From contig JARXAF010000140.1 in NCBI GenBank assembly GCA_029865985.1, positions 1 through 56,073 of the forward strand: a DNA stretch of 56,073 nt, given 5' to 3'. The notes beneath the pieces were generated by a model, which saw only the letters and a program-made list of their open reading frames with translations, searched no databases and had not been told where the DNA came from. The position numbers and the translations under genes were made by a program. The stretch is from Verrucomicrobiota bacterium (GTDB lineage Bacteria; Verrucomicrobiota; Verrucomicrobiia; Limisphaerales; UBA9464). Below are positions 29,933-41,973 of this stretch, piece after piece. Position 1 is the first letter of the stretch; each line of letters opens with the position of its first letter.

Positions 29933-31615
29933 ATGCGCTGCGTGCTCCAAACGCTGCTTGGGGTCGTCCTGTTCTTAAGCTGGGCAACTCTCCCGGCCCA
30001 AGCCGCTGCGTCGCGTGCGGAAGTCCTGCGCGAACCCCTGTTCGATGGGCCGGTTCTTCACTGGGAAGTTCAAGTGCGTCGAGGAGATCTGGCCAAGCTC
30101 CGGAAATCGGGAGGCCCCTGGAACCGGGAAAAGGATGAAGATGCCTCGGCGACCATTCGGGCGGGCGGACAGGTTTGGACCAATGTCGCCATCCACCTCA
30201 AGGGGGCAGCTGGAAGCTTCCGGCCAGTGGATGACTTGCCTGCCCTCACCTTGAACTTCGGCAAGCTCCAGGACGGCCAGACGTGTTTCGGCCACCGCAA
30301 GTTGCACCTCAACAATTCCGTCCAAGACGGCTCACGAATCGACGAGATCCTGGCTTCTGAAATGTTCCTGCATTCCGGAGTCCCTACTCCACGAGCAACG
30401 CGGGCACTGGTGTCGCTGAATGGGCGCTATCTCGGCCTTTATGTGCTCAAAGGGGGCTGGGACAAGGCCTTCCTGAAACAGCACTTCGGTTCCTCCAAAG
30501 GAAATTTTTACGACCCCGGATTCCTGAAGGACTTGGATGCCGACCTTGAACGGGACTCCGGCGAAGGCGTCGCCGATTGGGCTGACCTCGCTGCTCTGCG
30601 CAAAACTCTGGAGGTGCAGAATCCCGCAGAGCGTTTGGAGCAGGTTTCCAAACGTCTGGATATCGAGCGCATTGTCACTCTAGGAGCCCTCCAAATCCAG
30701 TTGGACGACTGGGACGGATACCTGCGCAACCGCAACAATTATCGGATTTACCACGCTCCTGATTCCGACCGTCTGGTGCTGATGCCCCATGGGATGGATC
30801 AATTGTGGCGAAACCCGCGTGGCTCGTTCACCCCTCCCTTGAGCAGCCTTCTTGGTCAACGGCTCTTCTCCATACCGGCCGTGGCTGATCAACTGAGCCA
30901 GCGCATGCGGGAGCTGACCAACACCGTTTTCACCGCTCAGTTTGTCGACCGAGTCTTCACCAATGCGCAAATCCGACTGCGGGAGCGACTCGTCTTGGAA
31001 GGGCGCGAGGCCGAGATGCCGCCCGTTCAACGCGCCGTCGACTCCACCCGACAGAGGATCCGGCAACGGATGGCCGCCTTTGCCGGTCAACGCTACCAAC
31101 CTCCTCAACCCGGGGAATTCGACAGCGACGGCCGCATGCGCCTCAGTGGTTGGGTGATCGCTTCCTCGGAGGGAGACACCACTCCGGCGGCAACCGTTCC
31201 AGCGGAAGACGGATCTCCCTTGCTGCGCATCCACGCCGACTCCGGCCAGGGTACGGCCTCCTTCCAAAAACGTGTCCTGCTGGCCCCGGGTCGCTACCAA
31301 CTCGAAGGCCGGGTAAGAACCCGATCGGTGAGCGGATTCGGAGCCTGCCTGGATGCCGAATGGGCTCGGCGAGGCCAACGATTCGAGGACGGTGCCACTC
31401 CGTCCAAGGGCATCACCGGCACTACCGAGTGGACCCTGTTGCAGCGTGAAATCACGATCGTTTCCCGAGGGGCCGAAGGGGGACGTCGTTGGGCTGGTGG
31501 ACCCCGAGGAGGCAATGGTGAATCGCCCCGCGAAATCCTCCTGCATGCCGAACTGCGTGCCGAGAGCGGCACTGCGGAGTTCGATGCCGACGCCTTTGTC
31601 CTGAAACAACTCTGA
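29933..31615 (+). CDS. CotH kinase family protein with a C-terminal carbohydrate-binding-like domain
   Basis: HLKG..SF, KLHLNN..QD.S, GVPTPR, LNG.YLGLY, WDGY..N.NNY..Y; signal peptide; alternative start at 29909. Confidence 0.8.
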   Translation: MRCVLQTLLGVVLFLSWATLPAQAAASRAEVLREPLFDGPVLHWEVQVRRGDLAKLRKSGGPWNREKDEDASATIRAGGQVWTNVAIHLKGAAGSFRPVDDLPALTLNFGKLQDGQTCFGHRKLHLNNSVQDGSRIDEILASEMFLHSGVPTPRATRALVSLNGRYLGLYVLKGGWDKAFLKQHFGSSKGNFYDPGFLKDLDADLERDSGEGVADWADLAALRKTLEVQNPAERLEQVSKRLDIERIVTLGALQIQLDDWDGYLRNRNNYRIYHAPDSDRLVLMPHGMDQLWRNPRGSFTPPLSSLLGQRLFSIPAVADQLSQRMRELTNTVFTAQFVDRVFTNAQIRLRERLVLEGREAEMPPVQRAVDSTRQRIRQRMAAFAGQRYQPPQPGEFDSDGRMRLSGWVIASSEGDTTPAATVPAEDGSPLLRIHADSGQGTASFQKRVLLAPGRYQLEGRVRTRSVSGFGACLDAEWARRGQRFEDGATPSKGITGTTEWTLLQREITIVSRGAEGGRRWAGGPRGGNGESPREILLHAELRAESGTAEFDADAFVLKQL

Positions 31616-31673
31616 AGACCATCCACCCGCTGGGTATCTTTCCCGCCGGGTTCGCTTGAGAGCCTGTCTGAAT

Positions 31674-31701
31674 AAAAAAGGCCACCCGATGGAGGTGGCC
31701 T
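31674..31701 (-). terminator. Intrinsic terminator for the minus-strand cytochrome gene (convergent gap)
   Basis: AGGCCACC-N7-GGTGGCCT hairpin preceded by an A6 run (U-tract on the minus strand). Confidence 0.75.
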
Positions 31702-31722
31702 CAAAATCAATCGTCCAATGGG

Positions 31723-32103
31723 TTAGTCCCCCTTGTGGACGGAATGGCAGGCTTTGCAGTTCACCGCCGACTTGAAGCCATCCAGAGCACCGGGCTTGCC
31801 GGCGACCAGCGAATCGGCAGCGGCTTGAAGGGCCTGGGTCTTCTCGGTCCAGCTGGCCAGATCGCCCTTGCTGGGTTTGTTCAACGCCAACTCCTTGGTG
31901 AGCATCGCCATCTTCTTGAAGTCGGCCTCGTTGCCCTGCCCCTTCGAGATGCGGGCGCTCAACGACTCCTTGCCCTCAAAGCCATCTTCCATGATCTGCT
32001 CGACAGACAGGGTGGCCTTGGATTGGGAGGTGGAAGCGCATCCGCTCGCGATGGCGATCAAAGCGGCTGCAAGGACGAGGTGAGGAGTGGAGAATTGTTT
32101 CAC
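31723..32103 (-). CDS. Small lipoprotein cytochrome c (C-terminal CxxCH, class II/c'-like)
   Basis: Lipobox IASG-C; helical body; C-terminal CKACH; probable GTG start at 32103. Confidence 0.75.
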   Translation of the reverse strand: MKQFSTPHLVLAAALIAIASGCASTSQSKATLSVEQIMEDGFEGKESLSARISKGQGNEADFKKMAMLTKELALNKPSKGDLASWTEKTQALQAAADSLVAGKPGALDGFKSAVNCKACHSVHKGD

Positions 32104-32164
32104 GGTGAAGTCTTGAATTCTTCCCAATGAAATCCCAACAGCGGCCCCCAATTCAAGGAGGAGA

Positions 32165-33592
32165 TCACTTCAACGAAGGGTCCGAGGAAACTCCATCGAG
32201 CACGCGGGTGACCACGCTGGACACCTCACCGGATTGAAGTCGTGTGTGGAGTCGTTTTCCGGGAATGAGGCCACTGACATCCCGCACGACCGCACCGGTT
32301 TCCGCATCGAGGGTCAGCGAGTATCCTCGGTCCAAGACATTCTGAGGCGACAGCAACCGCAACCGGGCCACCAAGCCATCCAATCGTTGGCGGCGACGCA
32401 GCACCTCCCGACTTGGAATCGCTGCCAAGGCCGAGCGCAGTCGCAACAACTCCTGCTGTCCCACTTTCACCCGCATCCGAGGGCGCTGAGAGAGCATCCG
32501 CTGACGATGGCCGTCCAGAACCCGACCGAGAATGCGAACCGATCGGGCGACCTCGCGGCGCAGGGACTCCACCGCATCGTCCAGACGTTGGGACCGCGCC
32601 TCCAAGCGCCGCCTCGGGTGCAACCGACTCCAACGTCGAACCCAACCCTCCATGCCGGTTCGGGAACGTTCCAACCGGCGTTGCGCCAACAGCGCGAGAC
32701 GACGTCCGGCCGATTCCACAAAGTCCCGGCTGTCCACCCAATCTTGGGTCAGGATTTCTGCAGCGGCGCTGGGAGTGGCTGCTCGAAAATCGGCCACGAA
32801 ATCCGAGATGGTGAAATCGATCTCATGGCCCACGGCCGAAACGACCGGAACCTCCGAACCGGCGATGGCCCGGGCCACCGCCTCTTCATTGAAACACCAC
32901 AAGTCTTCTAAAGAACCACCGCCGCGGGTCACCAGGATGACATCCAATGGCTGTACCGACTTGGAAAAGCGGTTCAGACGACCGATGGCGGCAGCGATTT
33001 CCTGCGCCGCACCTGATCCCTGCACCCGAACCGGATCGAGGATCACCTCAGGACAGAACCGTCGGGACAGCACATGCAGTACATCCTGGATGGCCGCACC
33101 GGTCGCCGAAGTCACCAGCCCGATGCGACCCGGATACCGGGGAATGGGTCGTTTACGGGCGGCATCAAAAAGCCCCTCTGCAGACAGCTTTTCCTTCAGT
33201 CGCTCGAAGGCGGCCTGCAACGCCCCCACCCCCTGCACTTCCACAGACGTGACGCGCAGTTGGTAGTTGCCGCGAGGCTCGTAGACCGTGATGTCGCCCC
33301 CGAGAACCACTTGTGCGCCATCCCGGAGAGCGGCCCGACCCGCACCGCCTTGTCCACGGAACAGCACGCAACTCAATTGGGCGCCGGCATCCTTGAGGAC
33401 GAAATAAGCGTGACCGGAACCTTGCAGACGAAAATTCGAAACCTCACCGGCCACGCGTCGATCGGCAAACCCGCTCTCCAACTGCTGCTTGAGCTTTTGG
33501 GTCAGTTCACTCACCGACTCCGTTGGCTTCTGGCCTGCCTCGGGAAACAGGTCGCCAGCAAAACTCCATTGGGTTTTTGAAACTCGAGCCAT
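32165..33592 (-). CDS. xseA: Exodeoxyribonuclease VII large subunit
   Basis: GEVSN...SGH.YF.LKD, TS.TGAA..D, VQG, RGGGS.EDLW.FN.E, SAVGHE.D, A.TPSAAA, LSP...L.RGY. Confidence 0.96.
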   Translation of the reverse strand: MARVSKTQWSFAGDLFPEAGQKPTESVSELTQKLKQQLESGFADRRVAGEVSNFRLQGSGHAYFVLKDAGAQLSCVLFRGQGGAGRAALRDGAQVVLGGDITVYEPRGNYQLRVTSVEVQGVGALQAAFERLKEKLSAEGLFDAARKRPIPRYPGRIGLVTSATGAAIQDVLHVLSRRFCPEVILDPVRVQGSGAAQEIAAAIGRLNRFSKSVQPLDVILVTRGGGSLEDLWCFNEEAVARAIAGSEVPVVSAVGHEIDFTISDFVADFRAATPSAAAEILTQDWVDSRDFVESAGRRLALLAQRRLERSRTGMEGWVRRWSRLHPRRRLEARSQRLDDAVESLRREVARSVRILGRVLDGHRQRMLSQRPRMRVKVGQQELLRLRSALAAIPSREVLRRRQRLDGLVARLRLLSPQNVLDRGYSLTLDAETGAVVRDVSGLIPGKRLHTRLQSGEVSSVVTRVLDGVSSDPSLK

Positions 33593-33622
33593 GGCGGGCG
33601 ATGCTTCGCTGGATGGTATGAA

Positions 33623-34405
33623 TCAGTCCAACAACTCCGAGATGCGACGGATGGATTTCGCACGCCCCGTTGCCGGGTCGATGTCCACCAAGGCGCCTTG
33701 AAGACGCACCTGACCATTGGCGACCTCGAAGCGCTGCGGCAAGCCGGTCTGGAACCGTTTCAGCACGGGCTCAATTTGCCTACCCAATACGGAATCATGA
33801 GGGCCGGTGAATCCGGCGTCGGTGAGGTAAGCGGTGCCCCCTGGGAAGACTTGTTCATCCGCCGTTTGCACATGGGTGTGAGTACCGATCACGGCCGACA
33901 CCGATCCGTCGAGCATCCGGCCCATGGCGATCTTTTCCGAGGTCGCCTCACCATGGAAGTCCACCAGGATGATCCGGGTGGCGGTTCGCAGACGGGCCAC
34001 CTCGGATTGCGCCAGCAGAAAGGGGTTTTCCAAGGAAGGCATGAATGTCCGGGCTTGGAGGTTCAACACGGCCACGGGAGGCAAACCGGGCTTGTTCCAA
34101 ACAATCACCCCGCTGCCAGGAACTCCCGGCGGATAATTGGCCGGGCGCAAGACACGGGATTCGGTGGTCAGGAACGAAGCCGTTTCCTTTTGGTCCCAGA
34201 CATGGTCGCCCGTGGTGATGATATCCACGCCGTAGCCGAATAATTCCGAGGCGATGCCTGCGGTGATGCCATTCCCGCCTGCGCTATTCTCACCGTTGGC
34301 CACCACGAAATCGATACCCTCCCGCTCTACCAGATCTTCCAGCAGCATTCGGACGGCACGACGACCGGGTTCACCCACGATATCCCCCAAAAACAAGAGC
34401 TTCAC
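33623..34405 (-). CDS. ymdB: YmdB/TIGR00282 family metallophosphoesterase
   Basis: GDIVG.PG, NGEN, T.GDH, RPAN, DFHGEATSEK, GTHTHVQT.D, TD.G.TGP..SV.G. Confidence 0.92.
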   Translation of the reverse strand: MKLLFLGDIVGEPGRRAVRMLLEDLVEREGIDFVVANGENSAGGNGITAGIASELFGYGVDIITTGDHVWDQKETASFLTTESRVLRPANYPPGVPGSGVIVWNKPGLPPVAVLNLQARTFMPSLENPFLLAQSEVARLRTATRIILVDFHGEATSEKIAMGRMLDGSVSAVIGTHTHVQTADEQVFPGGTAYLTDAGFTGPHDSVLGRQIEPVLKRFQTGLPQRFEVANGQVRLQGALVDIDPATGRAKSIRRISELLD

Positions 34406-34543
34406 TGCGCGTGACCCTGTCGGATTCACCGCCGGCTAGGAAGCAAACTGTGTTCAGGACTGAAACCTTGGAAAACAGAGCCTCGGACGATCTCGATTTT
34501 CACTAGATCCTCGGGCTGAATTCCCGGACCTTTCCAACGCCGC

Positions 34544-35947
34544 ATGTCACTATTCCGCCACGTATTCTGGAAGAGCTATCGCGAGGCGGGTCACCTGGCC
34601 GAACAGGCTCAGAAGATCCTGGACCACCAGCGCGACCTGCTGACCCCTGCCCGCATCACCGAGTTGGAGGCGGCCATCCAGCACTTGGAATCCATGCGGT
34701 CCAGCGGAACGCGTGAGGACATCACGGCCGCCATGACCCGGGTGGAAGCCACGGCTCAAACGTCCCTGTTGGCCTATCCGCACGCCTCCATGCGCGAGAA
34801 TGTGGAAAGCCTCCTCACCATGGGGATCGTGCTGTTCGCATTCCGACAATTCTACTTTCAGCCGATGGCCATTCCCACGGGATCGGCCCAACCGACCTTC
34901 AACGGCATCACCTGCGAAGACCTGCGCTACAATGGCGGATCGGTTCCGAATCTGGCGGTCCAGGCTGTCGAATGGGCGCTCTTCGGTTACCACTATTATG
35001 AGGTCATCGCCCTCGATGACGGAGAATTAGGCGGGGTTGGTCCGTCAGCCCGATCCGGAGGAATCAACGGCCTTGTCCGCAAATCCTTCGATGTTGAGGT
35101 CGGGCGCACTGTCTACACCGTGAGCACCTCCATGAGCGAGGGTCCCAGTGACTTCATGCGCCACATGGGCTTGGCCAATGATCATGGCACATTGCCCCAG
35201 CGCTCCTTCAAGAAAGGCGAGCCCATCATCCGCTGCCGCGTCAAATCGGGCGACCGTCTCATGGTCGACCGACTCACCTACAACTTCCGCAATCCGCAGC
35301 GCGGCGACACGGTCGTCTTCAAATCGATGCAGCATCCCGGAATGACGGCCAATACCCACTACATCAAGCGACTGGTGGGCCTCGGAGGAGAAAAAGTCCG
35401 GATCGGCGACGACCGTCATGTTGTGATCAATGGACAGCGTTTGGACAGCACCACTCCCGGTTTCTCGGACGTCTACGGCTTCGACACGGCCAAGCATCCG
35501 GCGTCCAGCAGCTATTCCGGCCACGTGAATGGGATCGGTTTTGCCGAAGGCAGTTGGTTCTCAACCCACGAGGCGGAGTACGAACTCCAGCACAGCCGGG
35601 ATGCCTCGGCGGCGCAGCAACTCAACGCCATCGCTGAGGAAAAGGTCAAAGTATGGCGCGGATTCACCAATGCCTCATTGGCTACCGCCGACAGTTCCCA
35701 AAACGGGCGCTTTGCTCAGCAGAAGTCCCGCCTCGAGGCAATGTCCCTCAGCACCCCGAATTTCCGGAATTCCAAAGACGAGGTGACCGTGAGACCTGGT
35801 CATGTCCTCTGCCTGGGGGACAACACCATGAACAGCTCCGACTCCCGGATGTGGCCGGTGCCCGATTTCCCTCAGGAACGCATCGTCGGAAAATCAGGCT
35901 GGGTCTTCTGGCCACTCAGCCGTCGTTGGGGCTGGAGTCAGCACTAA
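34544..35947 (+). CDS. lepB: Signal peptidase I with large insertions
   Basis: IPTGS.QPT (Ser), GD.L.V, RGD.VVF, YIKRL (Lys), LGDN..NS.DSR.W, FWP. Confidence 0.88.
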   Translation: MSLFRHVFWKSYREAGHLAEQAQKILDHQRDLLTPARITELEAAIQHLESMRSSGTREDITAAMTRVEATAQTSLLAYPHASMRENVESLLTMGIVLFAFRQFYFQPMAIPTGSAQPTFNGITCEDLRYNGGSVPNLAVQAVEWALFGYHYYEVIALDDGELGGVGPSARSGGINGLVRKSFDVEVGRTVYTVSTSMSEGPSDFMRHMGLANDHGTLPQRSFKKGEPIIRCRVKSGDRLMVDRLTYNFRNPQRGDTVVFKSMQHPGMTANTHYIKRLVGLGGEKVRIGDDRHVVINGQRLDSTTPGFSDVYGFDTAKHPASSSYSGHVNGIGFAEGSWFSTHEAEYELQHSRDASAAQQLNAIAEEKVKVWRGFTNASLATADSSQNGRFAQQKSRLEAMSLSTPNFRNSKDEVTVRPGHVLCLGDNTMNSSDSRMWPVPDFPQERIVGKSGWVFWPLSRRWGWSQH

Positions 35948-36014
35948 GAAGACTCACCAGCACCGGAATGCGATCTCCGATCAAGACGGGAATCCCCCCC
36001 CATCGACATCAGCG

Positions 36015-36042
36015 TTGACCGGACTCCATGAAGCCACACCAT
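36015..36042 (+). promoter_or_regulatory. Putative sigma70 promoter for the phosphatase-RpiB-GlyA fusion
   Basis: TTGACC-N16-CACCAT, 23 nt upstream of ATG 36066. Confidence 0.3.
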
Positions 36043-36065
36043 CCGATGTCTGATTCTTTCCGCGC

Positions 36066-38207
<2,142 letters not shown>

Positions 38208-38295
38208 GGCAACCGCCGGATCCGGTGGATCCCGGTGGATGCGATGCAGCCCTTTCCGGGTGACCAACCTGGGGGGCGGTGGGTAATGTGAGCCC

Positions 38296-41200
38296 ATGAT
38301 CAACGCCGCCTCCAGACCCGGTGGCACGCTCGATGAGCTGGCCAACCTCGCGGCTCAGGTCAGCTTCGCGCCGGCGGCCATTGTCGCGCTCGATGAGCAC
38401 GTCGGCTGGATACCCGTCGGCCAAACCGGCTGTTCCCCGGAATTCATCCAGGCGGTTCTTCCGATCATTTCCCAGGCCGCCGTCAGCATTCACGACTGGA
38501 TTGAAATCCGTGATGCACCGGGCCAATTGCCCGAGGGTTGGCGATGGCTTTCCTGCCTTCCAGTGCGGGTACCCTCGGGCGGTATCGCTGGCGTCATCGC
38601 GGTTCTGGACCGATCTCCAAGGCGACTCAATGCCGGTCAACGGGCCGGGCTTCAGACCGTCGCCCGTCAGGTGATCGTCCATCTGGAGCTGCGGCGCCAG
38701 GCCACCGATTTGGCGGCCACCACCGAACAGCAACGGCAGACCGAGACGCGGCTCCGCGACAACGAGGCCTATTTTCAGGCACTGGTGGAGTCCCTGCCCC
38801 AGAATATCTTCCGCAAGGACCTCAACGGTCGCTTCACCTTCGTCAACGGCGCGTTCTGCCGTACGCTCCAACGTCATCAGAGTCAGCTCATCGGGGTCAC
38901 CGACTTCGACCTGTTCCCGGAAGAATTGGCCCGCCGCTATGTCGAAGACGACCGGCAGGTCATCAACAGCGGCAATCCCGTCGAAAAAACCGAGGTCAAT
39001 GTGACCCCCGATGGTCAGCGCCACTGGTTCCATGTCATCAAGACGCTGCTTCTCGATGCCAGCGGTCAACCGGTCGGCATCCAGGGCAGTTTTTGGGAAG
39101 TCACACAGGAAAAACGGGCGGAGGAACAGTTGGCCCATGAACGCGACCTGCTGCATGCCCTTCTCGAACACGCACCCGACGCCATTTATTTCAAGGACCG
39201 CGATTCTCGGATCACCCGTGCCAGCCAAGCACTCGCCGATCGGGTCGGGGTGCCGGACCCGAGTCACCTGATCGGGAAGACCGATCACGATTTCTTCGAG
39301 CGTCAATACGCCGACGCCGCACGCTCGGACGAACTCACGATCCTCCGGACCGGCCAACCCATCCTCGCGAGACTCGAGAAGGAAAGCCTGCCCGGCGGCC
39401 GGGTGCGCTGGGCCCTCACGAGCAAGATGCCACTGCGATCCCCCAACGGGCAGGTGGTGGGCACCTTCGGTCTTTCGAGAGACATCACCGAACTCCAGAC
39501 GGCTCGAGAACAGTTGGAGCGCACCGAGGCCAACTACCGCGGGTTGGTCCAGAACGCGGTGGACGGCATTTTCCAAACCACCCCCGACGGCCGTTACCTC
39601 AACGCCAATCTCGCTCTGGCCAAGATGTACGGTTTCGACACCGTCGACGAACTCTTGGCCAGCCGGACCGACATCGAGCAGCAACTCTACGTTGATCCCA
39701 AACAACGCGACCGCTTCGAAGAACTGCTCAACCGCAACGACAAGATCGACCACTTCGACAGCGAGGTGTACCGGAAGGATGGCCGGAAGATCTGGATCAG
39801 TGAGAATGCACGGGCGGTCCGTGAAGCCTCCACTGGAAAGCTCCTGTACTACGAAGGAACGGTTGAGGACATCACCGCCCGCAAGCAGGCCGAGAAGGAT
39901 CTCAACGAGGCCAATGCCGCACTCGCCGCGGCCCGCGATGTCGCCATCGAATCCGCTCGGGCCAAATCTCAGTTCCTAGCGAACACCTCGCACGAAATCC
40001 GCACTCCGATGAACGGCATCATCGGCTTCGCCCGTCTCCTGCTCGACACCCCGCTCAATCCGGAGCAGCGAGAATATGCCGGCACCGTCCTGCACAGCGC
40101 CCAGAATCTCCTCAAGGTGCTCAATGACATCCTCGATTTCTCCAAGATCGAGAGTGGCAAACTGGCCTTTGAAAACATCGAGTTCGACCTGAGACCCATC
40201 GTTGAAGACACCGTCGAGCTGCTGGTGGAAATCGCCCAGGCCAAGGGCGTCGAGGTGGCCACCCGGATCGACCACGCGCTGCCTGCGATGCTGCGCGGCG
40301 ATCCGGGTCGCATCCGACAGGTGCTGACCAATTTGCTCGGCAATGCGATCAAGTTCACCCAGAAGGGCGAGGTCACGGTGATCATCGATGTCTTGGAAAT
40401 CCAATCCGCTCGCTGCCGGATCGCCTGCCGCGTGATGGACACCGGAATCGGCATCGAACCGGCAGCACTGAACCGAATCTTCCAAGAGTTCACGCAAGCC
40501 GACGGTTCCACCACCCGACGCTTCGGTGGCACCGGACTGGGCCTCTCCATCTCAAGAGAACTGGCACGAAGGATGGGCGGTGACATCGAGGTGAGCAGCG
40601 ATCCGGGCCACGGATCAACCTTCACCATGACGGCGCTCTTCGAGATCGTCAGCCCATGCCCTCCGGCGCCGACTCAGAGTCCCCTCAAATTGCTGATCGC
40701 TGATGCCCATCCGGCGACGTGCGCATCGTTCCACCACGAGATGGGACTTTGCGGAGCTTGCGTGACCTCCGTGCCCACGGCCGCAGCAGCGATTGATGCG
40801 TTGGCTCAGGCCGCGGAGTCAGGCACTCCCTTTGACGCCGCCTTCATCGCCTTGCAATTGCCCGACATGGACGGACTGACCGTAGCCCATGAAGTGCACT
40901 GCATTGCGGCCATTGCCTCGGTGCGCATCATCCTCGTGGCGGCGGTTTCCCAGCGACCCGACCCCAATTTGCTGCGCACCGTCGGCATCGCTGGGCACCT
41001 CATCAAACCCTTCAAACAATCGCGTCTTCGAGAAGCGCTGAGAGCGCTGTCGGCAGGCGAAAGCCTCATGGGCAGCCCCAATTTGGTGGAAGCCCTTCCT
41101 TTGACCATCAACCCCAACGGGCGCTCATTACGATTGCTGCTGGCTGAAGACAACCTGGTGAACCAGAAGTTGGCCGTGACCCAACTCCGACGACTCGGAC

Positions 41201-41946
41201 ATAGCGTTGCCGTGGCATCCAATGGTCGCGAAACCTTGCAAGCCCTGCTCCGGGAACCCTTTGACGCGGTCTTCCTGGATTGCCAAATGCCCGAACTCGA
41301 TGGCTATCAAACGGCGAGGGAAATTCGTCTCATGGAGGCAGATCGGAAATTGGGCAACCGCCCACCGGCTTTCCTGATCGCCCTGACCGCCAATGCCATG
41401 GCCGGTGATCGGGAGAAATGCCTCGCGGCCGGCATGGATGAATTTCTCACCAAACCATTGGATCTCGACCAACTCCCCGGGGTTTTGAACCGGGCCATTG
41501 GAGCCCCACCGGCAACCTGGATGGGAGATCCATCCCAAAATACGTCACAACAGAGGTCCCAACCGCCTGGCAGCGAATCCACGCGCCCGGACACGATGCC
41601 TGTGCTCGATCCGTCCCTGCTCGATTCTCTGCGAACCCTTCGCTTTGAGGGGGAGCCCGATCCCGTTGTCGAGATCATCGACCTTTTCCTGCGCGACACA
41701 CCCTCTCGTCTTGAGGAGGCCAAGAGCGCATCGGCCCGCCGGGATTCCGCGGGCGTCCAATCGGCAGCCCACACCCTCAAAGGCAGCGCCAACAACCTCG
41801 GCGCCCGACGATTGGGGGCCGCGGCTGGGCGACTAGAAAACGAGGCATCCACCGGTCAGTGGGAACTGATCGAAGAACTCCTCAGAGCGGCCGAAACCGA
41901 ACTCCAAGCGCTGATTCCTGAACTGGAACTCCAGCGCATGCGTTGA
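38296..41946 (+). CDS. Hybrid sensor histidine kinase (GAF-like, 3 PAS, HisKA, HATPase, 2 REC, HPt)
   Basis: FLANTSHEIRTPMNG, NLLGNAIKFT, DTGIG, F.QAD, GGTGLGL, FLDCQMPELDG, AAHTLKGSA. Confidence 0.95.
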   Translation: MINAASRPGGTLDELANLAAQVSFAPAAIVALDEHVGWIPVGQTGCSPEFIQAVLPIISQAAVSIHDWIEIRDAPGQLPEGWRWLSCLPVRVPSGGIAGVIAVLDRSPRRLNAGQRAGLQTVARQVIVHLELRRQATDLAATTEQQRQTETRLRDNEAYFQALVESLPQNIFRKDLNGRFTFVNGAFCRTLQRHQSQLIGVTDFDLFPEELARRYVEDDRQVINSGNPVEKTEVNVTPDGQRHWFHVIKTLLLDASGQPVGIQGSFWEVTQEKRAEEQLAHERDLLHALLEHAPDAIYFKDRDSRITRASQALADRVGVPDPSHLIGKTDHDFFERQYADAARSDELTILRTGQPILARLEKESLPGGRVRWALTSKMPLRSPNGQVVGTFGLSRDITELQTAREQLERTEANYRGLVQNAVDGIFQTTPDGRYLNANLALAKMYGFDTVDELLASRTDIEQQLYVDPKQRDRFEELLNRNDKIDHFDSEVYRKDGRKIWISENARAVREASTGKLLYYEGTVEDITARKQAEKDLNEANAALAAARDVAIESARAKSQFLANTSHEIRTPMNGIIGFARLLLDTPLNPEQREYAGTVLHSAQNLLKVLNDILDFSKIESGKLAFENIEFDLRPIVEDTVELLVEIAQAKGVEVATRIDHALPAMLRGDPGRIRQVLTNLLGNAIKFTQKGEVTVIIDVLEIQSARCRIACRVMDTGIGIEPAALNRIFQEFTQADGSTTRRFGGTGLGLSISRELARRMGGDIEVSSDPGHGSTFTMTALFEIVSPCPPAPTQSPLKLLIADAHPATCASFHHEMGLCGACVTSVPTAAAAIDALAQAAESGTPFDAAFIALQLPDMDGLTVAHEVHCIAAIASVRIILVAAVSQRPDPNLLRTVGIAGHLIKPFKQSRLREALRALSAGESLMGSPNLVEALPLTINPNGRSLRLLLAEDNLVNQKLAVTQLRRLGHSVAVASNGRETLQALLREPFDAVFLDCQMPELDGYQTAREIRLMEADRKLGNRPPAFLIALTANAMAGDREKCLAAGMDEFLTKPLDLDQLPGVLNRAIGAPPATWMGDPSQNTSQQRSQPPGSESTRPDTMPVLDPSLLDSLRTLRFEGEPDPVVEIIDLFLRDTPSRLEEAKSASARRDSAGVQSAAHTLKGSANNLGARRLGAAAGRLENEASTGQWELIEELLRAAETELQALIPELELQRMR

Positions 41947-41973
41947 ACTCAGTTGAGGGATTTTACTCCACCC

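Noticed and set aside
34406-34543. Possible 6S RNA or LexA box upstream of ymdB/xseA
   Set aside because: The spacer is too short for 6S RNA, and the TGTTC half-site has no matching GAACA partner
38215-38241. Short CCGGTGGAT repeats after glyA, and a TCCTTG(G)AGCGAAC duplication at ~50499-50526
   Set aside because: Only two short copies without spacers; not CRISPR or a recognisable REP family, probably slippage
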